Positions 9,574-19,593 of a stretch of 64,000 nucleotides of DNA are shown here, piece by piece. Location of the stretch: assembly GCA_047638975.1 (NCBI GenBank), contig JBLINB010000004.1:1161-65160 (forward strand), written 5' to 3'. Each line of letters starts with the position of its first letter. Position 1 is the first letter of the stretch. Position numbers and translations under genes: made by a program. The notes under the pieces are model-generated. The model did no database searches. It was not told the DNA's origin and saw nothing but the letters and a program-made list of their open reading frames with translations. The stretch comes from Myxococcota bacterium (GTDB lineage: Bacteria > Planctomycetota > UBA1135).

Positions 9574-10697
9574 GTTTGAATTTTCGTTTACATCACGGCG
9601 AGTCCTCTACGCCACGCCTCGGAACTTTGCACACACCACACGGTGATGTCGCAACACCGCAATTTATGCCAGTTGCCACCCGCGGTATTATGCGCGGTCC
9701 GTGGCCGCAAACTTTAAAGCCGATGGGCGTTGAAATGATGTTGGCGAATAGCTTCCATTTATTCGCACGGCCTGGCACCGAAATCATCACTCAACTTGGT
9801 GGCCTGCATAAGGCTATGGCATGGGACGGCCCGATACTCACCGACTCTGGCGGTTTTCAAGCGTTTTCGTTAGAGACGTCAAAGATTAACGACAAAGGCG
9901 TCATGATGCGCCACCCTGTAAATGGTGCGCACGTCAGTTGGACGCCAGAATTCGCCTTCAATGTGCAGCGCGACTTGGGCCCAGATGTGGCAATGCTACT
10001 TGATGAGTGCCCCGCTGATCCACGTGATCGCGACTCGGTGGCAACGGCAATTCGCCGAACTATTGATTGGGCCAAGCGGCAACGTAACTTACACGAACAG
10101 CGCGGTGGCGTCGACAGCGGGCAGGCGCAGTTCGGCATCGTGCAAGGCGGAGTCTTTCAAGATTTGCGCGAAGAATGCGCCAGTAAGTTAATAGAATTAG
10201 ATTTCGATGGCTATGCTGTCGGCGGTGTCTCGGTCGGTGAAGGTCATCAAGCAATGATGGACGGCGTGCGTTTTTCTACCGGGTTATTGCCGCGCGATAA
10301 AGTGCGCTATTTAATGGGAGTCGGAACTCCACTCGATTTAGTTGAATCGGTTGCACGTGGTATCGATATTTTTGATTGCGTTTACCCGACTCGCAGTGGA
10401 CGTTATGGTTCGTTCATGACTGACGAAGGCATGCAACATCTACATAACGCGCGCTTCGCGACAGATACTCGTCCACTAATGGAAGGTTGCGAATGTGACG
10501 CCTGTTTAACCAAAATGCCGCGCGGCATGCTGCGTGCTACTTTGAAAGAACGCGAAATCGTTGCAGCATCGATGTTAGCCCACCACAATTTGCATTACCT
10601 GATTAAACTAATGGCGCGCATTCGTATCGCAATTGCTGACGGTAGTTTTGAACAATTGCGCGCACAAATCGTCGCCGCTTATCCTGTTAAAGGCTAG
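9570..10697 (+). CDS. tgt: Queuine tRNA-ribosyltransferase (tRNA-guanine transglycosylase)
   Basis: TPHG..TPQFMPV, DSGGFQ, GIVQGG and the CxCxxC zinc site (CECDAC). The start overlaps the upstream stop (ATGA). Confidence 0.95.
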   Translation: MSLNFRLHHGESSTPRLGTLHTPHGDVATPQFMPVATRGIMRGPWPQTLKPMGVEMMLANSFHLFARPGTEIITQLGGLHKAMAWDGPILTDSGGFQAFSLETSKINDKGVMMRHPVNGAHVSWTPEFAFNVQRDLGPDVAMLLDECPADPRDRDSVATAIRRTIDWAKRQRNLHEQRGGVDSGQAQFGIVQGGVFQDLREECASKLIELDFDGYAVGGVSVGEGHQAMMDGVRFSTGLLPRDKVRYLMGVGTPLDLVESVARGIDIFDCVYPTRSGRYGSFMTDEGMQHLHNARFATDTRPLMEGCECDACLTKMPRGMLRATLKEREIVAASMLAHHNLHYLIKLMARIRIAIADGSFEQLRAQIVAAYPVKG

Positions 10698-11913
10698 CAG
10701 CTTTCGGCATTAAGCGTAGCTCGCTAATCTCAAAGACTGGACGGCTGTCGTTACCGGGTGTCACCTGCCAAGAGCCACGTACAATTACCTGGCGGTTAGC
10801 AAAGTCGCGCAACTTATAATGAGAATCAGGCGACTCTAGTAAATAGTTACTTTTACCGCGCACGATCTCGAATGGATAATTCGACTGCCCACGTGGACGG
10901 AATTCGATCCAGCCAACTACGATGTCGTTGGTGCCAAGGGTCGTGTCTCTTGAGAACGATGCACGATCGCGCAATTTTCTAAGCGCAGGATTAAGATTGC
11001 CTTTACGTGCTAAAGGAGTGTCAATTATTTCGTTATCAATGCGCGATAAATAGTAACTGCGCATGCCGTCGATTTTAGCAAATGCTGCTCGTGCCGTTTT
11101 CACATGCCCAGGATTGCTTGCATGCCATAGCACGTATGCGAGCTGGGCTTCGAGAGTCGAAATAAAATCGAAATCGTAGGTGTGGTAATCTTTAACGACC
11201 TTACGGCCGAGTTGTTCTAGCGCAGGGATTGCGAATTTAAAAAAAGCTTCGGGATTAACAGCGATTGCGCCTTCGTCGAAACTACTTAACGTTGGTGGTG
11301 CAAGGACTACCGTAGCTGAAGCTGTGGCGGCAGTAACTTTATCATTGTCGGTAACGATTGCTTCTTCAATCATTTCTTCGACGACTTCTTCAGCCGGCAC
11401 TTCAACCTCAACTACTGAGATTGCTAAACGCTGTGCCAAGTGCTCTTGCCATGCCGCATCTAAGTTATCTTTACTTCTAATAATCGACGCTGAAAGAACC
11501 CACGCTGCCATTGATTCAGGAGCGCGAACTTTTATCCATTCTTCCTCGATAACTAATGGCACCAAATCGCAATCCCAAGGAAATAAACCCAACGGGTGCG
11601 AAGCTGTAGCCGTCGACGGCAGTGGACGTGCGCGAATGCGTGAACCCGTTACGTGATAGATGCCCTGCTCCGCATCTAATTCGGTTAGGCTTTTGTAAAC
11701 CCACAGATCATATCCACCAGGTATTTGTACCTTTGACCACGGATACATCTCGGCAACAACCTTTAAAGGTGTATCTTTTGCCGCTGTAAAGACCACAGCC
11801 GATTTCGAGTCGTAAAAGGCGTGTATTTTTGCACTATCCGCACTAATGGTCGCATAAGCGAAATCGGTGCTAGATTGCATGGCGCACAAGCTAAGTAGTA
11901 ATCCGGCTAACAT
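10687..11913 (-). CDS. Secreted protein with SH3b-like N-terminal repeats, function unknown
   Basis: 408-aa ORF with a signal peptide and two SH3b-like segments (PLKVV..WSKVQ and WIKVRAPE). The C-terminal domain has no recognisable motif. Confidence 0.35.
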   Translation of the reverse strand: MLAGLLLSLCAMQSSTDFAYATISADSAKIHAFYDSKSAVVFTAAKDTPLKVVAEMYPWSKVQIPGGYDLWVYKSLTELDAEQGIYHVTGSRIRARPLPSTATASHPLGLFPWDCDLVPLVIEEEWIKVRAPESMAAWVLSASIIRSKDNLDAAWQEHLAQRLAISVVEVEVPAEEVVEEMIEEAIVTDNDKVTAATASATVVLAPPTLSSFDEGAIAVNPEAFFKFAIPALEQLGRKVVKDYHTYDFDFISTLEAQLAYVLWHASNPGHVKTARAAFAKIDGMRSYYLSRIDNEIIDTPLARKGNLNPALRKLRDRASFSRDTTLGTNDIVVGWIEFRPRGQSNYPFEIVRGKSNYLLESPDSHYKLRDFANRQVIVRGSWQVTPGNDSRPVFEISELRLMPKAASL

Positions 11914-11951
11914 GCCTACAGTTTCGCGCTGCGCAGCTTAATTATCAATTA

Positions 11952-13253
11952 CTATTGCTTTGACTTTAGCTGCGAAGCCCGCAGAGTATAAGTTAAGCCA
12001 AGTTTGTTGCCATGCTGGCCCATAGCGCTGTAGCTCATGCTTGGATCGTCGCCACTGAAATCGAAATCTAGCATAGAAAAATGCTCAGCGGTGATCTCGC
12101 TGCCAGGTACGCGCCGAATAGCAATACTGTCGGCGGTACTACCGCCTACTCCGGCGGCTAAGGGTGATGAAGTGAATTCGACTAATGGATAATCTAGGAC
12201 CTTTTCATCGCGCAGGATCTCTCCGGTATGACGGTCGCCACTCAATAGCACCACCCCATTTATATGTTGCTCATTCAAGAAATCTAGCAAGCGTTGTCGC
12301 TCGCTGGGAAACATCTTCCAGGTTTCATATGGATGGTAATCAGCGATTACCTGCATTCCCGAGACGATTAGTTTAAAGTCGGCTGTACTAGCTAACAGTT
12401 CGTTTTGCAACCACCGCCATTGCCCCTCACCGAGCAGCTGTTTATTTTCGATATCTAATTTATTAGGCTGACGGTGATAACGTGTATCAAGCATAAAAAC
12501 ATCTACGCCATTAAGGTGCAGCACATGGTAGACGCCATCGTTAGTGCTGCCGAAGGATGGATTCGGCCAGTAGCTTTTATATAAAGCATAGGATTCTTCA
12601 CGCAAAAAATAAGTCTTGTCAGAGTCATTCGGCCCATAATCGTGATCGTCCCAAATCGCAGCATGCGCGGTCGAGCTAAGCAGTTCTTGCAAATGCGGCA
12701 ACGACCTCTGAATGGCCCAGCGTTTGCGCATCAGATTGATGTCATTCCATTCTTGAGTAATGCGGCTGTAATAAATATTGTCTCCCATCCATAGAAACCA
12801 TTGTGGATGTTGTGCGGCAATAGTTTTAAATATAGATTGTGAAGGGTCCGGCCCCCAATCGCCTGCACATGAGCCAAAGGCTACTTTGAATTTATCGGCG
12901 CCGCTAGTTGTGAATTTTTGTGGACTCAATGCCGTTAATGCTCCATCGCTAGCAAGCAAACGGTATTCATATTCGGTGCTTGGCAGTAATCCGGTGAGTT
13001 GCACGCGCCCCCTTGGGTTTTCGCTATCTGACAACACCAACATCGGATCATTCGGTGCCAACTGCCATTCACCATCAGCGGCCTTCAATTCGATTTGAAA
13101 GCGCAAAGGGATATCTGCTGAGGCCCAAATACGCACGCTGGTCGCGGTGAGGTCACCGAGCATTGGCCCGGCATTCAACTCTGTCGACGATTGCTTGCTC
13201 GAGTGCGCGCAAGCAGCAATTGAGAGGAGTACAGCTACTAGAATCTGTTTCAC
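11952..13253 (-). CDS. PhoD-like alkaline phosphatase/phosphodiesterase (lipoprotein)
   Basis: Lipobox SIAACA. Metallophosphatase motifs GSCAGD, WMGDNIYY, WDDHDYGPND and LSGDRH. GTG start. Confidence 0.8.
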   Translation of the reverse strand: MKQILVAVLLSIAACAHSSKQSSTELNAGPMLGDLTATSVRIWASADIPLRFQIELKAADGEWQLAPNDPMLVLSDSENPRGRVQLTGLLPSTEYEYRLLASDGALTALSPQKFTTSGADKFKVAFGSCAGDWGPDPSQSIFKTIAAQHPQWFLWMGDNIYYSRITQEWNDINLMRKRWAIQRSLPHLQELLSSTAHAAIWDDHDYGPNDSDKTYFLREESYALYKSYWPNPSFGSTNDGVYHVLHLNGVDVFMLDTRYHRQPNKLDIENKQLLGEGQWRWLQNELLASTADFKLIVSGMQVIADYHPYETWKMFPSERQRLLDFLNEQHINGVVLLSGDRHTGEILRDEKVLDYPLVEFTSSPLAAGVGGSTADSIAIRRVPGSEITAEHFSMLDFDFSGDDPSMSYSAMGQHGNKLGLTYTLRASQLKSKQ

Positions 13254-13258
13254 AATAT

Positions 13259-13267
13259 TGATATTAT
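13259..13267 (+). promoter_or_regulatory. Candidate extended -10 promoter element (TGATATTAT) for rmuC
   Basis: TGnTATTAT ends 7 nt before the A of the rmuC ATG (13274). That would give a leaderless transcript. No good -35 is present. Confidence 0.3.
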
Positions 13268-13273
13268 GACAGC

Positions 13274-14413
13274 ATGGATGTTATTTTTCTAATCATTGGT
13301 GTAGCAATCGGCGCTGTAGGTACATTTGTAATCATGCGCAATAAGGCTAGCGCGATCAATACAGCTACCGCTACAGCAACAGCGGCGGCAGAAAGTAGTA
13401 CCGCTGAGAAGCTCAGAGAAGAAATCAGCAATAGTTTTAAAGCTATGGCTGCTGATGCACTTAACGCCAACTCAAAGCAGTTTAGCGACAAGACCGAATT
13501 GCAGCTGAAGCCGCTGCAAGATCAGCTCGACAAACTTGCCAAAGAAACGCGCACTCTAGAAGATGTGCGTCAACAATCGCGTGGTCAGTTGGCTGAACAA
13601 TTGACAAAACTACAAGTGGCGACCACTGATTTGCAGCTAAAGTCAGAATCGTTATCGACGGCATTGCGCGGCAGTTCTCAAGCACGCGGCCAATGGGGAG
13701 AAACGGTACTCGAACGTATTCTTGAATTGGCTGGCATGACTAAAGACATCCACTATGAAGTTCAAAGCACTACTAGTGATGGCCAGCGTCCTGACTTTCA
13801 AATCATTCTACCCGGCGGCGATGTCATACCCGTTGATTCAAAAGTGCCGATGGCAGCTTTCCTAGATGCGCAGAAAGAAGATGATGCACAGCTACGCAGC
13901 AAACTATTAAAGCAGCATACTGCGGATGTGATGCAGCATGTAAAAACGCTTGCCAAGAAAGACTATGCCAAAAGCGTACAAGGCGATATTGACTTTACAG
14001 TGATGTTCTTGCCTGGCGATCATTTGTTGCAAGCGACTTTCGAGCATGACCCTCACCTACAAGAAAAAGCTATGCAGCAACGGGTGCTGATCGCTACTCC
14101 AGTAACGATGATGGCGCTATTGCGCACCGTTGATTTATATTGGCAGCAAGAGAAGGTCGCCAAGAATGCCGTTGAGATTGCTAATACTGCTAAAGAGTAT
14201 CACGAACGCATGAAATCGTTCATGGAGCACTTTAACAAAATCGGCAAGAGTCTGAAAACCGGCGTTGAGTCTTACAACAAAGCCGCTGGCAGCTATAGCC
14301 GCAAAGTACTGCCGCAAGGCAAGCGTGTTGAAGAACTAAGCGCGGCGACCAGTGTCAAGCAACTCGAAGAGCCGCCGACGATACAGGTAACACCGCGCGA
14401 AGATATTGATTAA
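13274..14413 (+). CDS. rmuC: DNA recombination protein RmuC
   Basis: N-terminal TM helix, long coiled-coil, and C-terminal RmuC nuclease-like domain (RPDFQIILPGG..PVDSK). Confidence 0.85.
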   Translation: MDVIFLIIGVAIGAVGTFVIMRNKASAINTATATATAAAESSTAEKLREEISNSFKAMAADALNANSKQFSDKTELQLKPLQDQLDKLAKETRTLEDVRQQSRGQLAEQLTKLQVATTDLQLKSESLSTALRGSSQARGQWGETVLERILELAGMTKDIHYEVQSTTSDGQRPDFQIILPGGDVIPVDSKVPMAAFLDAQKEDDAQLRSKLLKQHTADVMQHVKTLAKKDYAKSVQGDIDFTVMFLPGDHLLQATFEHDPHLQEKAMQQRVLIATPVTMMALLRTVDLYWQQEKVAKNAVEIANTAKEYHERMKSFMEHFNKIGKSLKTGVESYNKAAGSYSRKVLPQGKRVEELSAATSVKQLEEPPTIQVTPREDID

Positions 14414-14435
14414 CGCGTTAGAGGCTATTAAGTCT

Positions 14436-15677
14436 TTACGCGCGTGGGTTCCATTTACCCTGTGCGACTAACGGAATAAAATCAATGAGATCGTCATCGA
14501 ATGGGTCAACAGCACGTTCGAGTTGCGCTGACTTATAAGCAGCCATCAAAATGCGCACGACTTGCTCGCCATCTTCAAAAGTGAGATCAGGAGTACGTCC
14601 TTCTAAAAAGCAATTAACCATGTGGCGGTTTTCTGCAGCGTAACCATAGGCCGATGCTTCTTCTGGCACGATTGGCATCACACCTTGCTCGGCATTTTGT
14701 TTTTCGATCAAGTCTTCACCCTCAGAGCCACTTACTTTGCGCGAGAAGAATGCTTCAAGGCCCGTTTCGAGACTGTTGGAACGCATCGAATATTCTGGGC
14801 CTAACAGCTCAAAACTTAAACGCAAACCAGCGCCGACGAATGCCCACGAAGTTGTGGCTTCAGCAATCAGAGTGTTGCCATCTTCATCGCGATAAGTCAC
14901 TGTACAGCGCGCAAAATCTTCTGAAGGTTTCTTAGAGTAATCGACTTCTTCGCCGTGAGTATCTTTCAGCTGCTGAACATATTCAGGACGCGTCCACTTA
15001 AGTGAAGCGATTTGCGCATTCACTGAAATTGGCGTAATAGATTTGCGATCAGCGCCAGGTGCCGTCAACAGAAAACGTGCAGTTTCGACGCTATGACACA
15101 TCATGTCATTCATCACTCCGCCACCCTGCTGCTCACCTTTCCAGAACCAAGGACTGTGTGGTCCGCAATGTTCTTCAGCCGCACGTGCTAAATAAGGACG
15201 CCCTGTTGTCGCTGCTGCACGACTCCAGATGATGTCTTTGCCGCGCACTACTGTTGGAGTGAACACCTGATTTTCTAGATAGCCAGTTGGGATACCCGCT
15301 TCTTCGATGATCTCAACAACACGACGTGCCTCTTGCATATTACGTGCTAGTGGCTTTTCACAGGCGATACCGAGTAATGGTGTTGCGCGCCTGGCATTGC
15401 CGGCGGCGATCGCTTCCATTACTGCAATCCGTGAATCGTTGGGTGAGTTAACCCAAATGGCTTCGATGCTAGGATCGGCGGCCATTTCTTCGAGTGACTC
15501 GAACGCGACAGCTGGACCAAGATCGAGATCATTGGCGTTTGCTGCGGCTTGTTCGGCCGACGGCATGGTGCGACTGGTGACACCTGCCACGTGGCAGTTG
15601 CGTACTTCTACTAGAGACTGGATGTGAAAGTTGGTATTGAAGCCTGCGCCAACAAATCCGATTGCCAAGGATTTCAT
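14436..15677 (-). CDS. Gfo/Idh/MocA-family NAD(P)-dependent oxidoreductase
   Basis: N-terminal Rossmann GFVGAGFNTNFH, an EKP motif (ACEKPLA), and a length typical of the family. Confidence 0.85.
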   Translation of the reverse strand: MKSLAIGFVGAGFNTNFHIQSLVEVRNCHVAGVTSRTMPSAEQAAANANDLDLGPAVAFESLEEMAADPSIEAIWVNSPNDSRIAVMEAIAAGNARRATPLLGIACEKPLARNMQEARRVVEIIEEAGIPTGYLENQVFTPTVVRGKDIIWSRAAATTGRPYLARAAEEHCGPHSPWFWKGEQQGGGVMNDMMCHSVETARFLLTAPGADRKSITPISVNAQIASLKWTRPEYVQQLKDTHGEEVDYSKKPSEDFARCTVTYRDEDGNTLIAEATTSWAFVGAGLRLSFELLGPEYSMRSNSLETGLEAFFSRKVSGSEGEDLIEKQNAEQGVMPIVPEEASAYGYAAENRHMVNCFLEGRTPDLTFEDGEQVVRILMAAYKSAQLERAVDPFDDDLIDFIPLVAQGKWNPRA

Positions 15678-16924
15678 TATGAAAGTTTAGTTTTTGATTT
15701 AGGGTAAAAGATTACAAGAGCTACCAAACATGCGAGCGAGGCCCACATGGGATAGCTAAATAGCTGGTTGTATGATTTCTGGCCATTCGCGTCAGTCGAC
15801 CAAGTTGCAGCTGAGGTGGCAATTTTAGAGCCAACAATTGTGCCGACACCAATAATCACTAAGTTAAACAGTGATTGTGCCGAAGCCCGCACGTCGATAG
15901 AAGTATTTTCGTCTACCACCATAAAAGCCACGAATATAAAACATCCAAACGCCAAACCGTGCATAGCAACACCTAGCATTACGCCGCCAATGCCTACTGC
16001 TTCATAGTTGGCGAACAAAGCCATACGCGCAGCATATGCCAATAAGCCAATCGCTAACAATTGCTTACGGCTAAGCTTCGTTGCCAACAATGGCATGCTT
16101 GCCAGAACTAATATTTCCGACATCTGTCCGATGGTCATCAATCCGCCACCGCCGACTCCGACTATTTTATTTACAACTTCGATAAAGCCGCTAGCCTGCT
16201 CTTGTATGTTGCCCAAGAAGCCCGCGGTGTGCACAAAATAAAATTGGTGAATGCAACTAACCGGAACAGCTAATAAAAACAGTGTGAGCAAGGGTTGGCG
16301 TTTAATCTCGCGCAAGGCACGTCTAGTAGCGTTTTGCGCAATAGTTTTGGTTGGCGGAGTATGCGGTAAGAACAAACAGTAGACCCCCATGATAATACCT
16401 AAACCACCAGAGAGTCGGAAGGCATCAGCCATTCCGGCAGTGGTGTTGTCGACATGCATATGCAGTAGCCATTGGCCGATTGCTATGCCAACCACAATCC
16501 AACCTACAGTACCCCAAACGCGGACGCGTCCGAAATCTTTGTCGAGGTCATCTAAGTGGTGAAACGCTAGTGAATTAGTGAGCGGCAGGGTCGGCGAATA
16601 GACTAGTGAGTACACTAAAGAGAATACTAAAAAGCTACTATAGCTTTCAATGCTCGCAAGCTGCCACACCAGTACACCACCAAGAATATGCGATATCGCA
16701 AGAAATTTTTCAGTGGCAAACCAACGATCGGCGATCTGACCAGCAATAAAAGGAGCGACTATTGCACCTAATGCTCCGATTGCAAACATGTTTCCGACTT
16801 GCTCTGGCGACATGCCGCGGAACTCAGTAAGAAATGGCCACAATAACGGCAACCATGCGCCCCAAATGGCATACTGCAAGAACATCATCACCGACAAACG
16901 TTTCAACGGAGGGGACGCTTGCAT
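15677..16924 (-). CDS. MFS transporter of the nucleoside:H+ symporter (NupG/XapB-like) family
   Basis: 12-TM ORF. LSVMMFLQYAIWGAWLPLL and GQIADRWF resemble the E. coli NupG N-terminal signatures. Confidence 0.7.
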   Translation of the reverse strand: MQASPPLKRLSVMMFLQYAIWGAWLPLLWPFLTEFRGMSPEQVGNMFAIGALGAIVAPFIAGQIADRWFATEKFLAISHILGGVLVWQLASIESYSSFLVFSLVYSLVYSPTLPLTNSLAFHHLDDLDKDFGRVRVWGTVGWIVVGIAIGQWLLHMHVDNTTAGMADAFRLSGGLGIIMGVYCLFLPHTPPTKTIAQNATRRALREIKRQPLLTLFLLAVPVSCIHQFYFVHTAGFLGNIQEQASGFIEVVNKIVGVGGGGLMTIGQMSEILVLASMPLLATKLSRKQLLAIGLLAYAARMALFANYEAVGIGGVMLGVAMHGLAFGCFIFVAFMVVDENTSIDVRASAQSLFNLVIIGVGTIVGSKIATSAATWSTDANGQKSYNQLFSYPMWASLACLVALVIFYPKSKTKLS

Positions 16925-16925
16925 T

Positions 16926-17531
16926 TTAGACCTCGGTTACTCGGATATTGCGGTAACGTACCGGAGAGGCGTTGTCATGATTTTGCAAACCGATGTATCC
17001 TTGAGTGCTGCGGTCGCCGGTGTAATTATTTACTAATTCGCCGTTAACAAAAAGACTGTATGCTTGGCCTACTACACGAATGCGATAGCTATTCCATTCG
17101 CCCACTGCTTTAGTAGGAATATGCGTTGCCGCTTGAAAGGAATACACCGAACCCGTGTCATGCTTTGCGCCACCTGTATCGCAAACTTGTAGTTCGTAAC
17201 CCTCGTTCACTGCCACCCATGGATCAAGGCCCGGGTTAGGGAAACGCACAAACACACCAGAATTATTTGATTCTGCAGTTACTTTCCATTCTAATTCTAA
17301 TTCGAAATCAACAAATTCTTTGGCTGTATACCAGTAAAGTCCCATGCCGCCTTGCGCGTAAATAGTGTCGCCATCATGCACGAATTCTCCGGGGCCGGCC
17401 ATGCTCCAGTTTGCAAGTTGTGCGGCATCTCCGCTGAACAGTACATGCGATTTCGCTGCGATAGTAGTAGAACACGACATCGAGCAACATGCCACGGCCA
17501 AGGTTAAGGATAAGGTCAGGAGGAGTTTCAT
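16926..17531 (-). CDS. DUF1080 (3-keto-disaccharide hydrolase-like) secreted protein
   Basis: Signal peptide/lipobox (LAVACC). DFELELEWKV, NSGVFVRF, YELQVCD and GLQNH..RYRNIRV are characteristic DUF1080 strands. The start was moved to ATG 17531. Confidence 0.8.
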   Translation of the reverse strand: MKLLLTLSLTLAVACCSMSCSTTIAAKSHVLFSGDAAQLANWSMAGPGEFVHDGDTIYAQGGMGLYWYTAKEFVDFELELEWKVTAESNNSGVFVRFPNPGLDPWVAVNEGYELQVCDTGGAKHDTGSVYSFQAATHIPTKAVGEWNSYRIRVVGQAYSLFVNGELVNNYTGDRSTQGYIGLQNHDNASPVRYRNIRVTEV

Positions 17532-17559
17532 TGTCACTAAAGTAGAGGACGCCATGAAT

Positions 17560-19593
17560 TCAATCAAGGGGCTTTAGACGCACATCCGCAATTGCTACCG
17601 TTCCGGCAGTTGCTTGAAAGAACATTGGCGCCGACGCGACTTCTTGCTGCGATACTGCGCCACCAGTGACTTCGGAGCACTCTGCAGCGCCAAGAATGGT
17701 CACGGAATCAATACTTATGTTTTCGAAGCGTGCATTACGGGTTTTCTTGCCATCAGCATCAAAACGTGGCGCCAAGAAAGTGCCGCGCATGATATGCCAG
17801 ATACCAGCACCATTGTATGCCTGTACACGAGGGTTTTTTGAACCTATCACCGCGCCGCAAGTGCTGTCGTCGCGCAACTGCAATTCGTAACGTGACATCA
17901 TGTACAAACCAGAGTCACCGCCTTCGGGCAACATGAAACTAAACCTAAATTCTACGTCACCATAAGAGTCGTTCGAAACAAAATCGCTAGCGCCAGGGCC
18001 GACGTTAACCAGAGCACTGTTGCCAACATTTATTTCAAATTGCTGCGGATTACTTTCATTGTAGGTCGCAGAACATAACTTCCAACCATCCGCGCTCCAA
18101 TTATCAAAAGGATCGCCCCATGTCGTGGTTAGCCATCCGCCACCTTCTTCTTCGACCGTACGTTGCTCCGGAGCTTGTACCGTCTTAGCCACGCTCGAAC
18201 TTGACAGCTCGCCGAAAGGGAGCTGATTGATGGTGTATGAAAATTCATCGTGCAGCAAACCTATCCCCGCCAATTGCAGGCGTACGCAACGACCCGCCTT
18301 TAAATCCATGCCCGATAAGGTCAAGCGCATGCCGTCATCGCTTAGAACTATGGACGGCACTTTGAGGTCTTTATCGCGCATCTCGGGAGAACCGTAATCC
18401 CACCAATAGTTATAGTCGTAACTACGCGCAGTGATTTTAGGGACTTCGTTTATTGCTTTAGTGAGGTCGATGATGAAGCCGTCTTGACGCAAACGTATGT
18501 TCTGCATTTCGAGTGGCAAATCATCTGTGTAACGTATACGCGCTATTCCTGAGCCTGGTGCTTGACCACCCCATCCGCGGTTAGTTAATCCGGTAAACAA
18601 AGAGCCATCGGGTGCAAAGCGCACACGAATGGCACTGCCGACTCCGCTACGAAATGGCACCACTGCTCCCTGTGTTACCCCCTGAACATCTTCAAGCATG
18701 ACGCGCAGTATGTTTCCTAGAGTTAATTCTGCGACGAATAGCTGGTCTTTAAAGGGACCAAACTTTCCGGCTGTAGTGTCGTGCACTAAGTTGCCAGTCG
18801 AGCGCGACCAATCGTAAGGTATCCACACGGCTGCGGATTTAGGCTGGCGTTTAGGCGCTTCGGTAGTGCTTGGATCAAGCTCTCCAAACTCGTAATCAGC
18901 CGTCCAGCGTAAGGAAGCGGGATGCCCGAAAAAGTCGTCTTGCTTGACATCGAAAATACCGCATACTGGCATCCAATCGCCTTGATTGTCGGTGTAGAGC
19001 AAACGCTGCTGGCTATCAATACCTAAACCACAGGGGCTGCGCACTCCGGATGCATACCAAGTGGTGTCGCCATTAGGCGTAACCTGCATAATCGTGCCAC
19101 GGCGTGGCGCTTTCGCTTTACCGTGCCACCATTCGGGGCTCCAGAATCCGACGTTGGTGCTGATGTAAAAGTTACCTTGTTCATCAACGGGTAGACCAAA
19201 AGCAAATTCATGGTAATTGCCGGTCATCCCCCAGTCTTGCGATACCGATTCGATGCGGTCGCATACTTGATCGCCATCTAAATCGATGAGGCGCGACAAC
19301 TCGCCACGCTGCATGACATAAATTTTATCGTCGACGACTTCGAGCCCGAGGCCTTCGTGTAAACCTTCGGCAAAGATGTGAAATTTGACTAAAGAGATGT
19401 CGTCAGACAGAGCGTTATCGACCCACCACACGCGTCCGCGTCTAGTGCTTAACAACATGGTGCCGTCGGACAGAAAGTCGACACCACCTACTTCTATCGT
19501 TTCGCCATCAGGTGTTGGCAAAAACTCTAAAGCGTAATGATTTTCTTCTGCGACTTGCAGCGTACATAAAATAAAGGCACAGAGATTAATCAT
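17560..19593 (-). CDS. Beta-propeller dehydrogenase-like protein with C-terminal DUF1080 domain
   Basis: The N-terminal part resembles soluble glucose/sorbosone dehydrogenase-like propellers, of the kind annotated in Pirellula/Verrucomicrobium as membrane-bound dehydrogenase domains. The C-terminal GDVEFRFSFMLPEGGDSGLYMMSRYELQLRD is DUF1080-like. ATG 19593 lies 4 nt after the upstream stop. Confidence 0.5.
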   Translation of the reverse strand: MINLCAFILCTLQVAEENHYALEFLPTPDGETIEVGGVDFLSDGTMLLSTRRGRVWWVDNALSDDISLVKFHIFAEGLHEGLGLEVVDDKIYVMQRGELSRLIDLDGDQVCDRIESVSQDWGMTGNYHEFAFGLPVDEQGNFYISTNVGFWSPEWWHGKAKAPRRGTIMQVTPNGDTTWYASGVRSPCGLGIDSQQRLLYTDNQGDWMPVCGIFDVKQDDFFGHPASLRWTADYEFGELDPSTTEAPKRQPKSAAVWIPYDWSRSTGNLVHDTTAGKFGPFKDQLFVAELTLGNILRVMLEDVQGVTQGAVVPFRSGVGSAIRVRFAPDGSLFTGLTNRGWGGQAPGSGIARIRYTDDLPLEMQNIRLRQDGFIIDLTKAINEVPKITARSYDYNYWWDYGSPEMRDKDLKVPSIVLSDDGMRLTLSGMDLKAGRCVRLQLAGIGLLHDEFSYTINQLPFGELSSSSVAKTVQAPEQRTVEEEGGGWLTTTWGDPFDNWSADGWKLCSATYNESNPQQFEINVGNSALVNVGPGASDFVSNDSYGDVEFRFSFMLPEGGDSGLYMMSRYELQLRDDSTCGAVIGSKNPRVQAYNGAGIWHIMRGTFLAPRFDADGKKTRNARFENISIDSVTILGAAECSEVTGGAVSQQEVASAPMFFQATAGTVAIADVRLKPLD

